Part shown: piece after piece, positions 58,853-64,000 of the stretch | Position numbering within the stretch: the first letter of the stretch is position 1 | Layout of the letters: every line of letters begins with the position of its first letter | Source of the DNA: Peptostreptococcaceae bacterium | GTDB lineage: Bacteria > Bacillota > Clostridia > Peptostreptococcales > Peptostreptococcaceae | Assembly: GCA_051654865.1 (NCBI GenBank) | Contig: JBOFYV010000007.1 | Span: 32,053-96,052 of the forward strand | DNA: 64,000 nt | Direction of reading: 5' to 3' | Notes under the pieces: model-generated | What the model saw: the letters and a program-made list of their open reading frames with translations, nothing else | Told to the model about the DNA's origin: nothing | The model's database searches: none | Position numbers and translations under genes: made by a program

Positions 58853-59323
58853 ATGAAAAAAGTTATTTTATCCATAATTATTTCAATAGCAGTACTATTA
58901 TCAACTTCTATAAATACTTTTGCATATGAAAGAGATGATATTGTAAAAGAATATATATCATACCTAGAAAATATAGATAAAAATGTTGAATTTGCAGTGA
59001 AAAATTCTTTGAAAGCAAAAGAAGAGAATAATACAAAATTAATTGATGAGTATAAAAAAAGTATCAATACTGTTGATGGAGAGGTATCTAGACTATTAAC
59101 AAGTGTAACAAATGATTATAAAGAGTATAAAAATGATAATAAAATTTCAAATATACTTCTATATATAGGAATTATATTATCAGATTATAAATTTGCAATA
59201 GATACATTAAATACTTATTTAGAATCAGATAATACAGATATAAAGTATGAATCTCTTAAAAACTTATTTATTTCATTATCAGATGCAGAAAGAAAGATAG
59301 ATACGTTAAAACGTAGTAATTAA
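58853..59323 (+). CDS. secreted hypothetical protein
   Basis: signal peptide MKKVILSIIISIAVLLSTSINTFA; RBS ggtgag before ATG 58853. Confidence 0.45.
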   Translation: MKKVILSIIISIAVLLSTSINTFAYERDDIVKEYISYLENIDKNVEFAVKNSLKAKEENNTKLIDEYKKSINTVDGEVSRLLTSVTNDYKEYKNDNKISNILLYIGIILSDYKFAIDTLNTYLESDNTDIKYESLKNLFISLSDAERKIDTLKRSN

Positions 59324-59816
59324 TTAAGGTAAAATAGTTATATACTGTTAATCAAATATTTAACTAATATACAAGCTATATAAGTTAAGTATTTCAGATG
59401 CTACTTTTTTTAGTTCATCTATTGCAGCAATGGGAGGTCATATTTAGATACCCTTGCCATACCCAAAGGCAAACTTTATTCCTTGAAAAATAAAATCGAA
59501 TTTTATATCTATATAAGGATTATAATCTTTAAAGTAAATCTTGCTAATAGGGATGAAAGGTCTATTCTTAATATGGTTTACTGTGATAAGTAGATAAGTT
59601 TAATTCACAAATGTTATAGCATCTAATAATAAATAGCCGTGTATTAGTATTTATAAATTAAAAACTAATATATGGCTATTTATTATTACTTAATTATATA
59701 AGGAAGTTTAGTGAGGAGTATAGTTATGTAAATATGTTGCCTTTTTATTTTTTTAGAATGTTAAAATATAAGGTGTGTTATAATAGTTTACAGCAAAATT
59801 AATAGGAGGAGATAAA

Positions 59817-61169
59817 ATGGAAGAAAATATATTAGGTAGTAAAAGTGTACATAAATTATTTATAAAGTACTCGCTACCAGCAATAATATCAATGGTAATA
59901 ACAGGTATGCAAACTATGGTTGATGGGATGTTTGTTGGAAACATACTAGGTCCTAATGCTATAGCAAGTGTAAATATAGCAGCACCATTTATGCAGCTTA
60001 TAATAGCATTAGCTATGATTATGAGCATAGGATCTCAGAGTTATATGGGACTAAGTCTTGGAGATAAGAACATAGAAAAAACTCAAAATATATTCAAAAC
60101 AGCTATTATACTTATATTAGGTTTAGGTTTTATAATAACTATATTTGGGTTTACTATGAACCACAAGATTGCTAAATTACTAGGATCAAGTGAGGTATTA
60201 ATGGATAATGTTTCTGTATATATCAAAACATTATCTATATTTACTGTGCCGATGTGCCTAATGTTTTTATTTGGATTTTCAGGAAGAATAATAGAAAAGC
60301 CACAATTATATTTTTATGGTTCAATATTAAGTTTAGTAGTAAATATAACTTTAAACTATATATTAATATATAAGCTTAGACTTGGAATGGTAGGAGCAGC
60401 AACGGCTACAGGGTTTGCATATTCATCAGCATTTTTAGTTGTAGTTTGGCCAATGCTAAATAAAAATAATGTTATAAATATATTTAGTGGAAAGTTTGAT
60501 AAAAGTACTGTAATGCCTGTTATATATAATGGTTCGTCGGAAGGGGTAAACTCTATATCTACAGCAACAAGTGCATATTTATTTAATATGGCATTTATGA
60601 ACATAGCTGGGGAGATGGGAGTTGCTGCTTTTACCTCTATAAACTATGTAGCACAATTTGGAATACTTTTAATGTTTGGAGTATCTGATGGAATAGGGCC
60701 AATTGTCAGCTATAACTATGGAAGTAAGGACTTTGATAGAGTAAAATCAATAATGAAGTTAAGTAATAAAGTATTGATGCTTATGGGTACAGGAATATTT
60801 ACTATATTATTTTTCTTTGGGACAAACTTAGTTACAGCGTTCGTAGGAAATAATAAAGAAATACTAGAAATAGCAACTATGGGTGCTAAGATATACGCAT
60901 TTGCCTTCTTTATGAATGGATTTAATATAGTTAACTCAGGTTACTTTACGTATATAGGAAATGCAAAAGAATCTGTAATAGTTGCAGCATCTAGAGGATT
61001 GATATTTATATTTGTAGGTATATTTATATTACCTATTATGTTTGGTACAAATGGCATATGGATGAGTATACCTTTTGCAGAGTTTGTAGCAATACTTATT
61101 GGATTTAAGTTAATGAAAAACTCTTACAAAGCTATGGATAAAGTTACAATACAGTGTATGGTTTCGTAA
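59817..61169 (+). CDS. MATE-family efflux transporter
   Basis: 450 aa; 12 TM; strong RBS taggaggag. Confidence 0.8.
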   Translation: MEENILGSKSVHKLFIKYSLPAIISMVITGMQTMVDGMFVGNILGPNAIASVNIAAPFMQLIIALAMIMSIGSQSYMGLSLGDKNIEKTQNIFKTAIILILGLGFIITIFGFTMNHKIAKLLGSSEVLMDNVSVYIKTLSIFTVPMCLMFLFGFSGRIIEKPQLYFYGSILSLVVNITLNYILIYKLRLGMVGAATATGFAYSSAFLVVVWPMLNKNNVINIFSGKFDKSTVMPVIYNGSSEGVNSISTATSAYLFNMAFMNIAGEMGVAAFTSINYVAQFGILLMFGVSDGIGPIVSYNYGSKDFDRVKSIMKLSNKVLMLMGTGIFTILFFFGTNLVTAFVGNNKEILEIATMGAKIYAFAFFMNGFNIVNSGYFTYIGNAKESVIVAASRGLIFIFVGIFILPIMFGTNGIWMSIPFAEFVAILIGFKLMKNSYKAMDKVTIQCMVS

Positions 61170-61180
61170 TTAACTTTTAT

Positions 61181-61219
61181 AAATTCCCTATAGAATAGCT
61201 ACTATTCTATAGGGAATTT
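61181..61219. terminator. 39-bp perfect palindrome between convergent genes (candidate bidirectional terminator)
   Basis: aaattccctatagaatag cta ctattctatagggaattt. Confidence 0.5.
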
Positions 61220-61285
61220 AATAATAGATGTCACGGTAGTAGTTTATTATATAACTTCTTAATATCTGACTATAGAACTAAAAAA

Positions 61286-62326
61286 TTATAAATCTAGTTT
61301 TAAATCACCGTCTTTAATAAATCCTTTTTTTCTCATTAAGTTATAAACGACTAAAGTAATAATAGCAGGTAATACAAAATGTAAAAGAATAATACCAACC
61401 CAAGTAGATAGGGAATTACCCATAGCAGTTATAGTTCCAAACTGACCAACAAAACCACTTGTCCCCATACCAGAGCCAATAGGAACATTCATCATCTTAA
61501 AGACAGTAGTAGACAAAGGTCCAAGTATCATAGACGCGATAGTTGGAGGAATCCATATTTTATAATTTTTTATTATATTAGGCATCTGAAGCATAGAAGT
61601 ACCTAATCCCTGAGCAACCAGCCCTCCAACTCCATTATCTCTAACGCTCATCACAGCAAATCCAATCATTTGACAGCAACATCCAACAGTAGCCGCACCA
61701 CCAGCAAGACCTGAAAGGCTAAGCATAATACAAATTGCCGCACTACTGATAGGTAGTGTAAGTGCTATTCCTACTAAAGTAGAAACTAGAGCGCCCATAA
61801 TAATTGGTTGCATATCAGTGGTACTCATTATAAGGTTACCAAAGCTTGTCATAAAAGAAGATATAATCGGTCCAACTAACTGAGCAGAGAATACACCAAC
61901 TAATATTGTAAGTGCAGGTGTAACTATAATATCTATTTTAGTTTCTTTAGAAACTACTTTACCAAATTCTACCGCAAGGATAGTAGCAACAAAAGCTCCA
62001 ACTGGTCCACCTAGTTCATTACCACAAGCACCAACTATTGCAGATGAAAACATTACTAGAGGTGGAGCTTGAAGAGCATATGCAATAGCTACTGCAATAC
62101 AAGGTCCTGTAACTTGCTTTGCTAGTGGATTTATTACATCTGTAAATAATGCGATATTAAACATCTCTCCTAGTGTATTAAATATAGTACCGATAAGTAA
62201 TGATGAAAATAGTCCTAGGGCCATATAGCTTAGAGCATCTATTAGATAACGATTTACTGAAATTTCTATATTTTTTCTTTCCATAAAGTTTTTGATACTT
62301 GATGTTTTATTGATTTGACTAATCAT
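61286..62326 (-). CDS. polytopic membrane transporter, PTS EIIC-like (PTS_EIIC_2-type) family, orphan
   Basis: 346 aa; about 10 TM; Gly-rich re-entrant-like segments; strong RBS GGGAGGAATTT. Confidence 0.35.
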   Translation of the reverse strand: MISQINKTSSIKNFMERKNIEISVNRYLIDALSYMALGLFSSLLIGTIFNTLGEMFNIALFTDVINPLAKQVTGPCIAVAIAYALQAPPLVMFSSAIVGACGNELGGPVGAFVATILAVEFGKVVSKETKIDIIVTPALTILVGVFSAQLVGPIISSFMTSFGNLIMSTTDMQPIIMGALVSTLVGIALTLPISSAAICIMLSLSGLAGGAATVGCCCQMIGFAVMSVRDNGVGGLVAQGLGTSMLQMPNIIKNYKIWIPPTIASMILGPLSTTVFKMMNVPIGSGMGTSGFVGQFGTITAMGNSLSTWVGIILLHFVLPAIITLVVYNLMRKKGFIKDGDLKLDL

Positions 62327-62545
62327 AAATTCCTCCCAAATTATTAAGTATATATATATTTTATGTCAAAACTAATGACAAGACAACTGTAAATACGAAT
62401 ATTGTTAATAAAAAGATAAAAAATTAATATTACTAATTTATTACATATAATAAGTGTATAAGTATATGCAAGAAGATGCTCTAGTACTAGACTTATATAA
62501 ACAAAATTCACACTATTATATTAAAAATAGTATTGAGGTAAAATA

Positions 62546-62845
62546 ATGGATTTAGTAGAAGTAGTAATATACGTTTTTGTATACATATTTCTTATACCAG
62601 TGCTAGTAATTATGCATGAGTTAGGTCATGGTATAGTAGCACTTATTACATCTAAAGAAAAGGTAGATGTGGTAATTGGTGATTCAAATTTAGGTATAAA
62701 ATTTAAAATGAGTAGATTTACAATATACTTTAGAAGATATAAGTCATTTTTAGGTATTAGTTTGGATTATGTTAGATTTATATCGATTTATATAGTATTA
62801 TCATTAATAACTTATAATATAAATAAGAGATTATTCATAAAGTAA
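62546..62845 (+). CDS. small membrane protein carrying an M50-type HExxH motif (possible truncated site-2 protease)
   Basis: 99 aa; first TM contains HELGHGIVAL, as at the N-terminus of M50 peptidases; lacks the rest of the M50 core. Confidence 0.4.
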   Translation: MDLVEVVIYVFVYIFLIPVLVIMHELGHGIVALITSKEKVDVVIGDSNLGIKFKMSRFTIYFRRYKSFLGISLDYVRFISIYIVLSLITYNINKRLFIK

Positions 62846-62886
62846 ATAAGATATTTGAATCAATTAATAAAAGGGGGGAGGACAAA

Positions 62887-63312
62887 ATGAATAAAAGATT
62901 AATTATAGTGATATCGTTACTAGCTACAATGCTAATGTTAGGATGTTCAAATAACCTAACCAATCCAGTTCTAGAAGGATCTTATCAAAGTGAAATGAAA
63001 AAAGGATATCATATACAATTCTCCTTTGCAAGTGATGATAAATGGTTTGTGAGTTATATCAATAACATAGAAATAAATAAAGGGACATATGAATCTTTAG
63101 GTGATGGGAAATATGCTCTAAATGGAGATGTTGAAAAATTAGAAGTTAAACTGGATAAAGATGATTCGTTTAATCTTGATATGGAAAAGTTATCAGAAAA
63201 ATTAAATGAAGGTAAAGCAATAAAACTAAAAAATATAGATAAAACACCAACATATTTTGAATCCGTATTTAGTGACGAAGACAAAGAGGCTATACAAAAT
63301 CTATTAAAATAG
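62887..63312 (+). CDS. lipoprotein, hypothetical
   Basis: lipobox LMLGCSNN; RBS aaggggggagg. Confidence 0.5.
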   Translation: MNKRLIIVISLLATMLMLGCSNNLTNPVLEGSYQSEMKKGYHIQFSFASDDKWFVSYINNIEINKGTYESLGDGKYALNGDVEKLEVKLDKDDSFNLDMEKLSEKLNEGKAIKLKNIDKTPTYFESVFSDEDKEAIQNLLK

Positions 63313-63323
63313 TAGGTAATGAT

Positions 63324-63713
63324 ATGATTACACTCGTTTTACTTATCTCTTTATTTAACCTAGGATGTAGTCAAAATTCGTTATCTGTAGAGTATCCAAA
63401 TAAAATAATAATTAAATACACTCAAGGAAAAGAAGTAGAAATAATAGATAAAAAAGAGGTAGAAAACTTTGATTATATTCTTCAATATGGGACTTTGAAG
63501 GAGTTAAAATCAGTAGAATTAGACTTTAATTCGGATATAAGTATTGTAGAAGAATATAAATCATCAAAAACAAAAAGTAGAGAAATATATTTTGATAAAG
63601 ATTCTAAAAATATAAAATTAGTTATAAATGGAGAATACATTTATATGTATGGAGTAGAAGCTAAAATATATAATGAAATATATGATAGTATATCAGCTAG
63701 ACTATATAATTAG
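63324..63713 (+). CDS. lipoprotein, hypothetical
   Basis: lipobox LFNLGCSQNS. Confidence 0.45.
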   Translation: MITLVLLISLFNLGCSQNSLSVEYPNKIIIKYTQGKEVEIIDKKEVENFDYILQYGTLKELKSVELDFNSDISIVEEYKSSKTKSREIYFDKDSKNIKLVINGEYIYMYGVEAKIYNEIYDSISARLYN

Positions 63714-63767
63714 AATATGAACTAGAGATAGCAATATACAAAACCTACTTAACATTTTATGAATTTA

Positions 63768-63822
63768 AAATAGCAACTTTTATTAGATTGTAAAATATCT
63801 AATATAGTTGCTATTTTTATTA
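63768..63822. terminator. bidirectional compound hairpin terminator
   Basis: aaaatagcaact [inner hairpin tattagat..atctaata] agttgctattttt. Confidence 0.65.
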
Positions 63823-64000
63823 CCAAGGTTTAGCCCATTCAAGTCCATAATATTCTTCAAGCCATACCAAATCAGTAGATACCCTAAAAACATCTGAGGA
63901 TAAAGCTGATTTATAATATATATTTATTACATTTATTTTATCTGATAGATCTTTATTTAATATAATAGTAAAATCATCATATTCAAATGTAACATCATTT
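63821..64000 (-). CDS. 3' end of an unidentified minus-strand gene running off the window
   Basis: Open frame on the minus strand ending ...DLVWLEEYYGLEWAKPW-stop at 63821, followed by the terminator. Confidence 0.3.

Noticed and set aside
1-64000. Mobile elements, prophage, CRISPR, rRNA/tRNA
   Set aside because: I saw no transposase, integrase or recombinase-like ORF, no phage structural genes and no regularly spaced direct repeats. No rRNA-like conserved stretches or tRNA cloverleaf candidates turned up in intergenic regions by eye. tRNAs cannot be fully excluded without a scan.

Overview
The window is AT-rich (roughly 28-30% GC by eye) and gene-dense, and reads as chromosomal DNA from a low-GC Firmicute of the class Clostridia. 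Ribosome-binding sites are GGAGG-like, TTG and GTG starts are frequent, and the proteins are rich in Asn, Lys and Ile. I support about 59 protein-coding genes and about 24 intrinsic terminators. I found no rRNA, tRNA, CRISPR array, transposase or integrase and no prophage genes. Everything here comes from reading the ORF translations and the DNA by eye; I ran no database searches.

Genes I could assign are a tldD/pmbA pair, a nitroreductase, an aldose epimerase, a pxpB-pxpC-accB-accC-pxpA operon joined to an Nramp transporter, a rhodanese, a C26 amidotransferase, pncB, a threonine dehydratase, a D,D-carboxypeptidase, an NCS2 nucleobase permease and an APC amino-acid permease. Efflux genes are unusually dense: three MATE pumps plus an RND pump with its own TetR regulator.

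The features I would look at again:
- 29.2-37.7 kb: an entirely cytoplasmic glycosylation island (three GT-A glycosyltransferases, a GT4 fusion, a nucleotide-sugar dehydrogenase and a propeller-type glycosidase-like gene) directly downstream of a leucine-rich-repeat protein that has no signal peptide. I propose it is a spore-surface or protein-glycosylation module.
- 24.4 kb: an isolated 111-aa cysteine-rich protein, bracketed by two terminators, that looks like a spore coat or exosporium component.
- 12.7-16.3 kb: an RND pump carrying a roughly 200-aa coiled-coil insertion where the AcrB docking domain would sit, with no membrane-fusion partner nearby.
- 42.8 kb: a STAY-GREEN (Mg-dechelatase) homolog in a presumed non-phototroph.
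- 55.4 kb: an orphan sensor kinase with a periplasmic solute-binding-like domain.
- Smaller items: a MutS2 paralog lacking Smr, a beta-trefoil protein, an M50 HExxH fragment, a histidine-kinase remnant, a 27-bp perfect hairpin and a 17-nt motif shared by two intergenic regions.
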